A DNA stretch of 33,056 nt from an uncultured bacterium. GTDB lineage: Bacteria > Verrucomicrobiota > Kiritimatiellia > RFP12 > UBA1067. Each line of letters begins with the position of its first letter. The first letter of the stretch is position 1. The stretch is taken from the NCBI GenBank assembly GCA_902773015.1, contig CACYCW010000190.1:1-33056 (forward strand). The letters run 5' to 3'. The translations under genes and the position numbers were made by a program. Shown in pieces: positions 1 through 8,915 of the stretch. The notes below the pieces were generated by a model. It ran no database searches, was not told the origin of the DNA, and saw nothing but the letters and a program-made list of their open reading frames with translations.

Positions 1-1
1 G

Positions 2-910
2 CTCGGCTTCGAGGGCGGCCACGGCACGGTCGGCGGCATGTCGCAGGCGTTCACCGCGAAGGGCTGGTCGGACGGCATCGCGCTCGGATACACCATCGCG
101 ACGTTCGGCATGATCGCTGGCATCGTGCTGGGGATGGTGCTCGTCAACTGGGCCTACCACCGCGGACTCGTGAAGACGGTGCGGCCGTTCTCCAAGCGCA
201 CCATCGCCGAACGCCGCGGCATCCACGCGCGGGACAACCGCCCATCCGCGGGACGCCAGACGGTCGCAGCGGATTCGGTGGATTCGCTCGCCTGGCACAT
301 CGCGATCGTAGGCCTCTCGGTGCTGGTCGGCTGGGGGCTCTGGCTCACGGTACCGCTGGACGGGTTCCCGCTCTTCCCGCTCTGCATGATCGGCGGGGTC
401 GTGCTGCAGGTGGTGGCGAAAATCTTCCACGTCGACCTGCTCGTCGACCGTGACCAGATGGCGCGCATCTCCGGCGCCTCGCTCGACTACCTTGCGCTCG
501 CGGCGATCACCACGATCGAGCTCTCGGTGGTGGTCGCGAACTGGATGCCGCTCACGATCATGGCGGTATCCGGCGTCATCTGGACGGTCTTCGCCGTGCT
601 GTTCTTCGGTCCGCGGCTCTTCAAGACGGCGTGGTTCGAGCGGGCGATCGCCGAGTTCGGCCAGGCGACGGGCGTGACGGCGACTGGGCTTCTCCTGCTG
701 CGCACGGTCGATCCCGAGTCGAAGACGCCGGCGCCCGCGTCTTTCGCCGGCAAGCAGCTCCTGCACGAGCCGGCGATGAACATCTGGGTCGCGCTCTCGT
801 TCGCGCTCATCTTCACGATCGGCTGGCTTAAGGTGTTTCTCATCTGTCTCGCGATGCTCCTCATCTGGGTGACGGTCGCGTTCTTCATCATGATGAGAAA
901 CCGGAAATGA
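2..910 (+). CDS. gltS: Sodium/glutamate symporter (GltS/ESS family), 5'-partial
   Basis: The frame is open from base 2 (LGFEGGHGTVGGM...), which includes the GGHGT motif of GltS. Many hydrophobic helices follow, and FGQATGVTATGLLLLR.VDP matches the second re-entrant motif. The true start lies upstream of the window. Confidence 0.85.
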   Translation, partial: LGFEGGHGTVGGMSQAFTAKGWSDGIALGYTIATFGMIAGIVLGMVLVNWAYHRGLVKTVRPFSKRTIAERRGIHARDNRPSAGRQTVAADSVDSLAWHIAIVGLSVLVGWGLWLTVPLDGFPLFPLCMIGGVVLQVVAKIFHVDLLVDRDQMARISGASLDYLALAAITTIELSVVVANWMPLTIMAVSGVIWTVFAVLFFGPRLFKTAWFERAIAEFGQATGVTATGLLLLRTVDPESKTPAPASFAGKQLLHEPAMNIWVALSFALIFTIGWLKVFLICLAMLLIWVTVAFFIMMRNRK

Positions 911-1143
911 AGCGCGCTTCCTTCCTTGTCGCGTCGAAGCCGGACGGGCGGCCGGATCTCGTCGACGAGGACTTCGTCTATTTCGGCGACCAGGCGAACA
1001 TGCCCTACGGACGCTACGCAGCGGAGGGCAAGGCGGACTTCCTGCGCGAGCTCGTTACCGACGACGCGCGCTTTCTTCTTGACGGCGCGGAGCATCCGCC
1101 GGCGAAGATCGTGGTCATCGCCATGCCGCAAAGTATGGTATAA
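907..1143 (+). pseudogene. Glutamate (Asp/Glu) racemase internal fragment
   Basis: EDFVYFGDQANMPYG and KIVVIA match MurI motifs (YfgD..r.PYG; k.lVIACNT). The N-terminal FDSGxGG motif is absent, and the ORF ends just after VVIA, without the catalytic CNT. Confidence 0.7.
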
Positions 1144-1169
1144 TACACACTTCAAGCAATACTAAGGAG
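1134..1169 (+). promoter_or_regulatory. Extended -10 promoter and RBS of gpmI
   Basis: TGgTATAAT at 1136-1144 in an AT-rich patch; AAGGAG at 1164-1169 ahead of ATG 1181. Confidence 0.7.
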
Positions 1170-1180
1170 TAGAAAGAGCA

Positions 1181-2767
1181 ATGAGACCAGTGGTTTTCAT
1201 CATTCGTGATGGTTGGGGAGTGAACCCCCGTCAGGCGGGTAATTCGGTGTTCGGGGCGAAGACGCCAGTCATCGACCAGATTCGGGCGCGTTATCCGCAC
1301 TGCCTGCTTGACTGCTGCGGCGAGGCCGTCGGTCTGCCGGACGGCTACCAGGGATCTTCCGAGGTCGGCCACCTCAACATGGGCGCAGGGCGCATCGTCA
1401 TCCAGGAGCTCAAGCGCATCGACGACGGTCTGTCCTCGGGCGAACTCTTCAAGTCCCCCAAGTGGCAGAAGCTCATCGGCGACTGGAAGGCGCATAACTC
1501 GACCTTCCACTTCTTCGGTCTGCTGCAGGACGAGGGCGTGCACGCCCACCAGGAGCATCTCTTCAAGCTGATGCGTCGCGCCCGCCAGGAGTTCCCCGAG
1601 GGGCGCATCGTGGTGCATCCGTTCCTCGACGGCCGCGACACGCCGCCGCGCTCGACGCTCGAGTACATCGCACGACTGAAGCAGGAGCTCGCCGCCGTCG
1701 GCAACGCGAAGATCGGCACTGCGATGGGCCGCTACTACGGCATGGATCGCGTGAAGAACTGGACGCTCACGAGCACGGCCTACGACTGCATCGTCGGCGC
1801 GAAGGGCAAGCGCGTCGCGACGATCGAGGAGTGCGTCAAGGCCGAGTACGAGTCGGGGCAGACGCCGGACGGCGCCCCGATGACCGACGAGTACATCCCC
1901 TGCTACGTGATCGGCGATTACGCGGGCATGGCCGACGGTGATGTCGTCATGCACACCAACTACCGCCAGGACCGCGCCATCCAGCTCACCCAGGCCTTCG
2001 TCTGCGACGACTATCCCGGTGAGCGCTGCGCCCGTCCGAAGGTGACCTACCTCGGCTTCACCCGCTATTGGGACGAGTTCGCCGACTACCTCCTCGGCGC
2101 GATGGGCGCAGGCGGCGGCATGGACAACCTGCTCGGCGAGGTCGTCTCCCGCGCTGGCATCCGCCAGCTCCGTCTCGCCGAGACACAGAAGTTCCGCCAC
2201 GTCACGAGCTTCTTCAACGGCAAGTCGACCACACCCTCGGAAGGCGAGGACCAGGTCGAGGTCAAGTCACGCTTCGATCCTGCGACATTCGCCTCGCATC
2301 CGGAGATGGACGCCTACAACGTGACGGACGAGTTGCTGCGGCGTCTGCAGGACAATCCCTACGGTTTCATCGTCGTCAACTACGCGAACTGCGACATGGT
2401 CGGCCACACGGGCGACGAGGCAGCGGCGACACGGGCGGTGGAGGTCACCGACGAGTGCATCGGCAAGATCCTGCCGCGACTCCTCGAGTTGGACGCGCAC
2501 GTCCTCATCTTCGCGGACCACGGCAACGCCGAGCAGATGGTCGACTACCGCACCGGTCTCACCAAGACCTCGCACACGCTCAACCTGGTGGACTGCTTCT
2601 ACGTGGCGAACGACGCCGCCGGCGTGCGGCTGACGCCGCTCGCGAAGCTCTCCGCCGTCGCGCCGACCGCGCTCCAGATGCTGGGCATCCCCGTTCCGCC
2701 GGAGATGACCACGCCCTCGCTTCTCGCGGGCAAGGAGCCCTGGTCACGTACGACGCTCGCCGTTTAG
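1181..2767 (+). CDS. gpmI: 2,3-bisphosphoglycerate-independent phosphoglycerate mutase
   Basis: IRDGWG, VGLPDGYQGSSEVGH, FLDGRDTPP, GRYYGMDR, AETQKFRHVT, NYANCDMVGHTG, ADHGNAE and TSHT motifs; 528 aa. Confidence 0.97.
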   Translation: MRPVVFIIRDGWGVNPRQAGNSVFGAKTPVIDQIRARYPHCLLDCCGEAVGLPDGYQGSSEVGHLNMGAGRIVIQELKRIDDGLSSGELFKSPKWQKLIGDWKAHNSTFHFFGLLQDEGVHAHQEHLFKLMRRARQEFPEGRIVVHPFLDGRDTPPRSTLEYIARLKQELAAVGNAKIGTAMGRYYGMDRVKNWTLTSTAYDCIVGAKGKRVATIEECVKAEYESGQTPDGAPMTDEYIPCYVIGDYAGMADGDVVMHTNYRQDRAIQLTQAFVCDDYPGERCARPKVTYLGFTRYWDEFADYLLGAMGAGGGMDNLLGEVVSRAGIRQLRLAETQKFRHVTSFFNGKSTTPSEGEDQVEVKSRFDPATFASHPEMDAYNVTDELLRRLQDNPYGFIVVNYANCDMVGHTGDEAAATRAVEVTDECIGKILPRLLELDAHVLIFADHGNAEQMVDYRTGLTKTSHTLNLVDCFYVANDAAGVRLTPLAKLSAVAPTALQMLGIPVPPEMTTPSLLAGKEPWSRTTLAV

Positions 2768-2775
2768 GTTTCTGG

Positions 2776-4164
2776 ATGACGAGGAGCAGAGAGGCCTGGG
2801 TGCGGTTTGCGGCGACGCGCGTCGTCGGGCTTGCGCTTGATGCGACAGTGCTCGCGGCTGCCTACGTCGCGGCGCACCTGCTGAGATTCGACTTCGGGCC
2901 GCCGCGCTGGGGATGGCGCGTCGCCGCGGTGTCGTTCATTACCGTCTGCGCGATTCATCTCATCGCGCTGGTCGCATGTGGCTGCTACCGCATTGCGTGG
3001 CGGCGATTCTCGTTCGGCGACCTGCCGCGCTATTTCGCCGCTACCGGTCTCGCCTGCGCCGCGCTCACGGTCATCCGCTACGTGACGCCGATCGACAGCT
3101 TCGCCCATCTGCGCCCGCCCTACTCCGTGACGCTGATGTTCTTCGTCCTGGGGACGCTCGGGGTCGTGCTCTGGCGCATTGCGTGGAGCTGGCTCTCGGC
3201 GTCGCGGGTAAGCGAGACGGAGCTCCTGGAGCGCCGCGTCCGGCGGATGGACTCGGCGGCGGCGGTGGGTTTCCTGCGCGGCAAGGTGGTGATGATCACC
3301 GGCGCAGGCGGCTCCATCGGCTCGGAGCTCGTGCGCCAGGTGGCGGTCGCCGCGCCGCGCGAGTTGCTGCTCGTCGAACGCGGCGAGAACGCCCTCTACG
3401 AGATCGACCGCGAGATGCGCCAGCGCGGTACGCCGACGCGGCTGGTGCCGCTCATGGTGGATGTCAATGACGCTGCGCGCATGGAGGAGATCTTCGCCGA
3501 GCATCGTCCCGAGATCGTTCTGCACGCGGCGGCCTATAAGCACGTGCCGATGGTTGAGGCGAACCCGAAGGAGGGCGAGCGCAACAACACCGAGGCGACG
3601 CGGCTTCTTGCCGGAATGTCGCGGCGGCATGGCGTTGCGCGGTTCGTGCTGATCTCGACGGACAAGGCCGTGAACCCGATTTCGGTGATGGGCAGGACGA
3701 AGCGCGCGGCGGAGCAGGCGATCATGGCGCTCAATGCCGAGAGTGCGGGCACCTCGTTTTGCGCGGTGCGCTTCGGCAACGTGCTCGGGTCGTCGGGCTC
3801 GGTGGTGCCGCTCTTCCGCGAGCAGATTGCGAGACGACTGCCGGTCACGGTGACGCACCCGGGAATGAAGCGCTACTTCATGACGGTCGAGGAGGCGGTC
3901 GGTCTTGTCCTCCAGGCGGCGAGCCGATCCGAGCGCGCGATCTACACGCTCGACATGGGCGAGCCAGTGCTCATCCTCGACCTCGCCGAGCAGATGATCC
4001 GCCAGGCGGGCTACAAGCCCTATGTCGACATCCCCATCGTCTTCACGGGCATCCGTCCCGGCGAAAAGCTCTTCGAGGAGCTCGACATTTCCGAGCGCTC
4101 GGCCTACAAGACCGACATGGCGCGCATCTACATCACCAGGGACGAGATCCCGAAGGGCGGCTGA
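2776..4164 (+). CDS. CapD/PglF/WbpM-type membrane-bound nucleoside-diphosphate sugar dehydratase (Polysacc_synt_2)
   Basis: About four N-terminal TM segments, then ITGAGGSIGSEL, HAAAYKHVP, STDKAVNP, MGRTKR, VRFGNVLGSSGSVVPLF and GIRPGEKLFEEL. Start taken as ATG 2776 (GTG 2800 is an alternative); the ORF-track extension to 2068 overlaps gpmI. Confidence 0.9.
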   Translation: MTRSREAWVRFAATRVVGLALDATVLAAAYVAAHLLRFDFGPPRWGWRVAAVSFITVCAIHLIALVACGCYRIAWRRFSFGDLPRYFAATGLACAALTVIRYVTPIDSFAHLRPPYSVTLMFFVLGTLGVVLWRIAWSWLSASRVSETELLERRVRRMDSAAAVGFLRGKVVMITGAGGSIGSELVRQVAVAAPRELLLVERGENALYEIDREMRQRGTPTRLVPLMVDVNDAARMEEIFAEHRPEIVLHAAAYKHVPMVEANPKEGERNNTEATRLLAGMSRRHGVARFVLISTDKAVNPISVMGRTKRAAEQAIMALNAESAGTSFCAVRFGNVLGSSGSVVPLFREQIARRLPVTVTHPGMKRYFMTVEEAVGLVLQAASRSERAIYTLDMGEPVLILDLAEQMIRQAGYKPYVDIPIVFTGIRPGEKLFEELDISERSAYKTDMARIYITRDEIPKGG

Positions 4165-5042
4165 TGCGGTTCGCGCTTTCAACGAACTGGTGCAATCGTC
4201 GGATCGAGTCCGGCGAGGCGATCGCCGATAAGGCGATGGCGCTCGGGTTCAACGCGCTCGAACTCGGCTTTCACACGACGCTTCAGCAGGTGAAGGGCTT
4301 CAAGGCGCGACTGGACCGGATGCCCGTCGGCAGCGTGCACGCGTTCTGCCCTGTGCCGATCTCCGCGCCGCAGGGCTATCCCGAGCTGTATCTCCTGGGG
4401 GATCCCGATCCCGAGGCGCGGGCGCTCGCGCGCATTCATGTGAAGCGGAACATCGAGTTCGCCGCGTCGATGGGGGCGGACGCCGTGGTGCTGCACGCGG
4501 GGCGCGTCGCCTGCAGCGGCTTCCTGCGGCGCTGGGACCTGAAGCGGCGCGTGAAGCGCGGGCGGAAGGCGATTGACGTACTGAAGGGCGAGCTGGCCGC
4601 GCTGCAGCCCGTCCTCGAGGAGAACAAGGTCACACTGGGCCTCGAGAACCTGCCGTATCTCGAGGGGTTCCCGGCCGAGTGGGAGATCGCCGAGCTCGTC
4701 GGCGACTGGGTGAAGCCCTGGTTCGACACCGGCCACGATTACGTCAGGCAGGTCAACGGCTGGAAGAACCAGCAGCCCGACGGCAATCAGCAGTCCGACG
4801 GCAATCGGCAGCCCTCGACGGCAAGCGCGGCGATTGCGTTCCCTCAACCCGTCGGTCTTCACATCAATGACTCGCAGGGCGGCGATGACCACCTGCCGCC
4901 TGGCGAGGGGAAGGTCGATTTCGCCGCAATGAAGCCGATGGCCGCCGCCGCGCGGCACATCGTCTTCGAGCCGCACGACGGCGTGACCGAAGCGGCGCTG
5001 AAGAAGGGGCTTGAGCATCTGAAGAGGACATGGGGGCTATGA
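4164..5042 (+). CDS. Sugar phosphate isomerase/epimerase (xylose isomerase-like/AP endonuclease 2 TIM barrel)
   Basis: TGATG overlap with the upstream stop; metal motifs VLHAG, LENLP, FDTGH, HIND, DDHLPPGEG, VFEP. Confidence 0.85.
   Translation: MRFALSTNWCNRRIESGEAIADKAMALGFNALELGFHTTLQQVKGFKARLDRMPVGSVHAFCPVPISAPQGYPELYLLGDPDPEARALARIHVKRNIEFAASMGADAVVLHAGRVACSGFLRRWDLKRRVKRGRKAIDVLKGELAALQPVLEENKVTLGLENLPYLEGFPAEWEIAELVGDWVKPWFDTGHDYVRQVNGWKNQQPDGNQQSDGNRQPSTASAAIAFPQPVGLHINDSQGGDDHLPPGEGKVDFAAMKPMAAAARHIVFEPHDGVTEAALKKGLEHLKRTWGL
4767..4822 (+). repeat. Intragenic imperfect tandem repeat, three units of 18-20 bp
   Basis: AACCAGCAGCCCGACGGC / AATCAGCAGTCCGACGGC / AATCGGCAGCCCTCGACGGC, encoding NQQPDG-NQQSDG-NRQPST. 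Confidence 0.8.
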
Positions 5043-8000
5043 CACAGACTCCGAATCCCGAGGACTTCCTCCTGAAGTGGCGGGGCGACATACTGCATGT
5101 GACATTACGTCTCGACACGCCGCGCAAGGGTCGCGCGGCGTTCCGCACCAACCTCGGTCGCGCCACCGTGCGCCGGCGCGAGATCATCGACGAGACCGAG
5201 AAGGGCCTGACCCCGCTTGCACGGGCATGGACGGACATCCCGCTGGACGAGATCGCCCCCGGCGTCTTCGCCGCCGACATCCCGCTCGATGAGGTCGGCA
5301 TCTTCTCGGGCAAGGCCTGCTTCTTTCCCGAGGGCTCGCACGTGCCCGAGTGGCCGGAAGGGCGCAATACCCATGTCAAGGTCGAGAGCGCCGAGACGCG
5401 CAGGGGTAACTCGATCTACTGTGTCTTCCCGCGCCAGTTCGGCTCATTCCGCGAGATCATCCGCCGGCTGCCGGTTATCATGGACACGATGGGCTTTCGC
5501 ATCATTCAGACGCTGCCGCCGTTTCCGGTGCCGACGACCTATGCGGTGATGGGCGAGTACGGGTGCCCGTTCGCGGCGACGGACTTCCTCTCCGTCGATC
5601 CGGCGATGGCCGAGTTCGACGAGTACGCGACGCCGCTCGATCAGTTCAGGGAGCTGATTGGCGCCGTGCACGCGAAGGGCGGGCTCATGTTCATCGACCT
5701 GCCGGCGAACCATACCGGCTGGGCCTCGACGCTGCAGACCCACCATCCCGACTGGTTCCACCGAGACTCGGACGGGCGCTTCATCTCGCCCGGCGCTTGG
5801 GGCGTCACATGGGCGGATCTTGTCGAGCTCGATTATGCCAAGCCGGAGCTGCGGGCCTACATGGCGGACGTCTTCCTCTTCTGGTGCCGCGTCGGCATTG
5901 ACGGCTTCCGCTGCGACGCGGGGTACATGATTCCGGCGGAGACGTGGGAGTACATCGTCGCCCGTGTGCGCGAGGAGTATCCGGACACGGTTTTCATGCT
6001 CGAGGGGCTCGGTGGCGAGATCGCGGTGACGGATCGGCTTCTGGCGGAGTCCAATCTCGACTGGGCGTATTCGGAGATCTTCCAGACGTATGACCGCGGG
6101 CAGTTTGAGTGGTACCTGCCGGGAGCGATTGCGCGGGCCGAGATGTACGGCACGCTCGTCCACTTCGCGGAGACGCACGACAACGACCGTCTCGCGAATG
6201 GCGGCGAGACGTATGCGCGACTTCGGGTGCAGCTCGCGGCGCTTCTCTCCTGGCAGGGCGCGTGGGGCATCGCCAACGGCGTCGAGTGGTATTGCCGCGA
6301 GAAGATTGACGTTCACGGCCGGAACGACCTCGCATGGGGGGCGACGACGAACATGGTCGGCCTCATCGCCCGCCTGAACCGCCTCCTGAGGACGCATCCG
6401 TCGTTCTCTGGCGCGGAGCATCTCGCGCTCGTGACGCGCGGTGATGGGAACACGCTTGCGGTGACGCGAGGCAATGGGCTGCTCGTCCTGGCCAATCTTG
6501 ATTGCGGGAGTGAGGCGACGATCGACTGGGATCGTGCGCGCTTCGGGGCGACGGCGGCCGTCGATCTGCTGACCGACGCCCCGCGCGATCTCTCGGGGCC
6601 GGTGCGACTCGCCCCCGGCGAGGTGCTCTGCCTCGCGGCAGAAGGCGCGGTGGCCGGTGCGGCGGAAGATGGGCGGCCCGTTGTGTCGGCGGCAGATTCG
6701 TCCGCCGTGCTCTTCCACATCGTGATGCCGCGTGACGGGCGACGCGATGTGGTGGTACCCGAGGGACAGCTCGTGGAGATCTCGTCCGACACTCCGTTCC
6801 GCGTGCGGCTCATCGACCCGGAGACGGAGCGGACGATCCGCGTCTACCGGTCCGTCGGCAACCGTGTCGTCTTCGACGCGCCGCACTACCACGGTGACGG
6901 CACGCGTTGCCGAATGCTCGACTTGAGCCTCACCGTCTATCGCGACGGTCGGGCGGTGCGCTCGCACTCGCGCTTCCTCGTGCCGCCGCCGCCGGATCGT
7001 GCGCGCGTGAGGGTCGCGCTCAGCGGCGACGAGGTGCGGCAGCATCCCGAGTACCGCACGGTGCTTTCGAATGGCGCGGGAGCGGCGGCGCAGGTGAGAA
7101 TCGGCTGGGGGACGATCCGCTCGCAGTATGACGCGATTCTCGCGGCGAATCCGAATCCCGACGTGCCGTCCGACCGGCTGAACCTCTGGACGCGTACGCG
7201 CTGTTGGCTGCAGCGCGAGGGCTATACGCGCGAGCTCGACCGCAAGTGCGTCACGCGCTTCACGGCGGACCCGGCGGGTCGTCTTGCGCGCTGGGACCTG
7301 ACGGTGCCCTGCGGCATGGGGCAGGAGACGGCGTTCGTCCTCGAGCTCGCGCTCGTCGAAGGACACAATGTCGCGGTGCTGCGCGTGACGCGTGTCGCCG
7401 CGCCCGAACGCGACGTCGGTGACCAGGTGCGGCTCGTGTTTCGTCCTGATGTCGAGTGGCGAAGCTTCCATGCCGTCACCAAGGCGTTCGCGGGGCTCGA
7501 GGGACGATTTCCAGCGGCGACGCACGCACGGGCGGACGGTTTCGACTTCTCGCCCGAAAACGGCACTTTCTCGCTGACGGTGACGGGCGGCGCCTATCAC
7601 CATGAGCCGCAGTGGGACTACAACGTTGCGCACCCGGAGGAGGCCGAGCGCGGCCAGGACGGCACCGGCGACCTCTACAGCCCCGGTTGGATCTCGGCCG
7701 ATCTCAAGGTCGGCGAGGCGGTCACGATCACCGGCGAGCTGAAGGCCGGCGACGGCCGGCAACCGACGGCCCTCGACGGCTCCTGCCAGCCCTCGACGCC
7801 GACCGAGGCCGCGCCGACGCTTCCCTTCGCCGTAGCACTTCGGCAGGCGCTCGAACTCTTCGTCGTGAAGCGCGACGACCTGAAGACCGTGATCGCCGGC
7901 TACCCGTGGTTCCTCGATTGGGGACGCGATACCTTCATCTTCATGCGCGGCATGATCGCGGCGGGGCTCATCGACGACTCGCTGAAGATCCTGAGGGCCT

Positions 8001-8908
8001 TCGCCGCGTTCGAGCAGGGCGGCACGCTGCCCAACATCATCAATGGCGCGACGGCCGCCAACCGCGACACGACCGACGCGCAGCTCTGGTTCATCCGATG
8101 TGTCGCGGAGATCGAGAACGCCATCGTTTCGGCGGCTGCTGATCTCGCGCCGCTCAAGACGACGTGCGAGAGCATCGTCGACAACTACATCAGGGGAACC
8201 CCCAACGGCATCCGTGTCGACCCCGACTCGGGGCTCGTGTGGTCGCCCTCGCATTTCACCTGGATGGACACCAACTATCCCGCGTGCACGCCGCGCGTCG
8301 GCTATCCCGTGGAGATCCAGGCGCTCTGGATCTCGGCCCTCCGATACCTCGGCCGCGCCGAACTCGCCGCACGGGCAACGGAGTCCCTCGTGCGCCTCTT
8401 CAAGTGGGAGCACGGCTATCGCGACTGCCTCGCCGCTCCGAACGGCGAGCGCGCGGCGGATGCGACGCCGGAGGACACGATCCGTCCGAACCAGCTTTTC
8501 CTGCTGACGCTCGGCGTCATCGACGATCGCGAGATCCTGCGCGCGACGGAGGAGCTGCTCGTGCCGGGCGGCATCCGCTCGCTCAACGCTGGTCATCCGC
8601 TCTATCGCGGCACGTATGCCGGTGACGAGGACACTTCGCGCAAGCCCGCCTATCACAACGGCACTGTCTGGGCGTGGCCGTTTCCGCAGTATGCGGAGGC
8701 ACTCGTGCGGACGGGCGCGGCATCGCGCGAAGTGGCGCTCTCACTCCTCGCGGGCGCCGTGGAGAACCTGAACGCGGGCTGCGTCGGTCATCTGAGCGAG
8801 ATCGCCGACGGCGACTCGCCGCATGCGCAGCGTGGGTGCGCGGCGCAGGCCTGGAGCGCGAGCGAGCTCCTGCGCGTCTGGCTCGCCCTCGGCGGCGAAG
8901 CCGAATAG
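5039..8908 (+). CDS. Glycogen debranching enzyme: GH13 alpha-amylase/glucanotransferase domain + GH133 amylo-alpha-1,6-glucosidase
   Basis: GH13 regions DLPANHTG, GIDGFRCDAG, MLEG, ETHDN. C-terminal IAGYPWFLDWGRDT, TWMDT, PVEIQALW, RPNQL, YHNGTVWAW, RGCAAQAWS. ATGA overlap at 5039-5042 favours this start (5030 is an alternative). Confidence 0.92.
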   Translation: MTQTPNPEDFLLKWRGDILHVTLRLDTPRKGRAAFRTNLGRATVRRREIIDETEKGLTPLARAWTDIPLDEIAPGVFAADIPLDEVGIFSGKACFFPEGSHVPEWPEGRNTHVKVESAETRRGNSIYCVFPRQFGSFREIIRRLPVIMDTMGFRIIQTLPPFPVPTTYAVMGEYGCPFAATDFLSVDPAMAEFDEYATPLDQFRELIGAVHAKGGLMFIDLPANHTGWASTLQTHHPDWFHRDSDGRFISPGAWGVTWADLVELDYAKPELRAYMADVFLFWCRVGIDGFRCDAGYMIPAETWEYIVARVREEYPDTVFMLEGLGGEIAVTDRLLAESNLDWAYSEIFQTYDRGQFEWYLPGAIARAEMYGTLVHFAETHDNDRLANGGETYARLRVQLAALLSWQGAWGIANGVEWYCREKIDVHGRNDLAWGATTNMVGLIARLNRLLRTHPSFSGAEHLALVTRGDGNTLAVTRGNGLLVLANLDCGSEATIDWDRARFGATAAVDLLTDAPRDLSGPVRLAPGEVLCLAAEGAVAGAAEDGRPVVSAADSSAVLFHIVMPRDGRRDVVVPEGQLVEISSDTPFRVRLIDPETERTIRVYRSVGNRVVFDAPHYHGDGTRCRMLDLSLTVYRDGRAVRSHSRFLVPPPPDRARVRVALSGDEVRQHPEYRTVLSNGAGAAAQVRIGWGTIRSQYDAILAANPNPDVPSDRLNLWTRTRCWLQREGYTRELDRKCVTRFTADPAGRLARWDLTVPCGMGQETAFVLELALVEGHNVAVLRVTRVAAPERDVGDQVRLVFRPDVEWRSFHAVTKAFAGLEGRFPAATHARADGFDFSPENGTFSLTVTGGAYHHEPQWDYNVAHPEEAERGQDGTGDLYSPGWISADLKVGEAVTITGELKAGDGRQPTALDGSCQPSTPTEAAPTLPFAVALRQALELFVVKRDDLKTVIAGYPWFLDWGRDTFIFMRGMIAAGLIDDSLKILRAFAAFEQGGTLPNIINGATAANRDTTDAQLWFIRCVAEIENAIVSAAADLAPLKTTCESIVDNYIRGTPNGIRVDPDSGLVWSPSHFTWMDTNYPACTPRVGYPVEIQALWISALRYLGRAELAARATESLVRLFKWEHGYRDCLAAPNGERAADATPEDTIRPNQLFLLTLGVIDDREILRATEELLVPGGIRSLNAGHPLYRGTYAGDEDTSRKPAYHNGTVWAWPFPQYAEALVRTGAASREVALSLLAGAVENLNAGCVGHLSEIADGDSPHAQRGCAAQAWSASELLRVWLALGGEAE
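7751..7800 (+). repeat. Intragenic degenerate 10-bp-period repeat
   Basis: GACGGCCGGC/AACCGACGGC/CCTCGACGGC/TCCTGCCAGC/CCTCGACGCC in the interdomain linker. Confidence 0.55.
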
Positions 8909-8915
8909 GCAATCC

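Noticed and set aside
2068-2775. N-terminal extensions in the ORF track (starts at 2068, 3759, 8823, 11506, 18381)
   Set aside because: Each overlaps the upstream gene in another frame. Downstream starts with RBS, coupling or signal peptides fit better.
5444-8656. 1070-aa minus-strand ORF, and similar long antisense ORFs at 1115-2200, 2764-4182, 21569-23653, 24047-26260 and 26959-28173
   Set aside because: They mirror well-supported + strand genes, carry no recognisable motifs, and are expected shadows of high-GC3 coding sequence.
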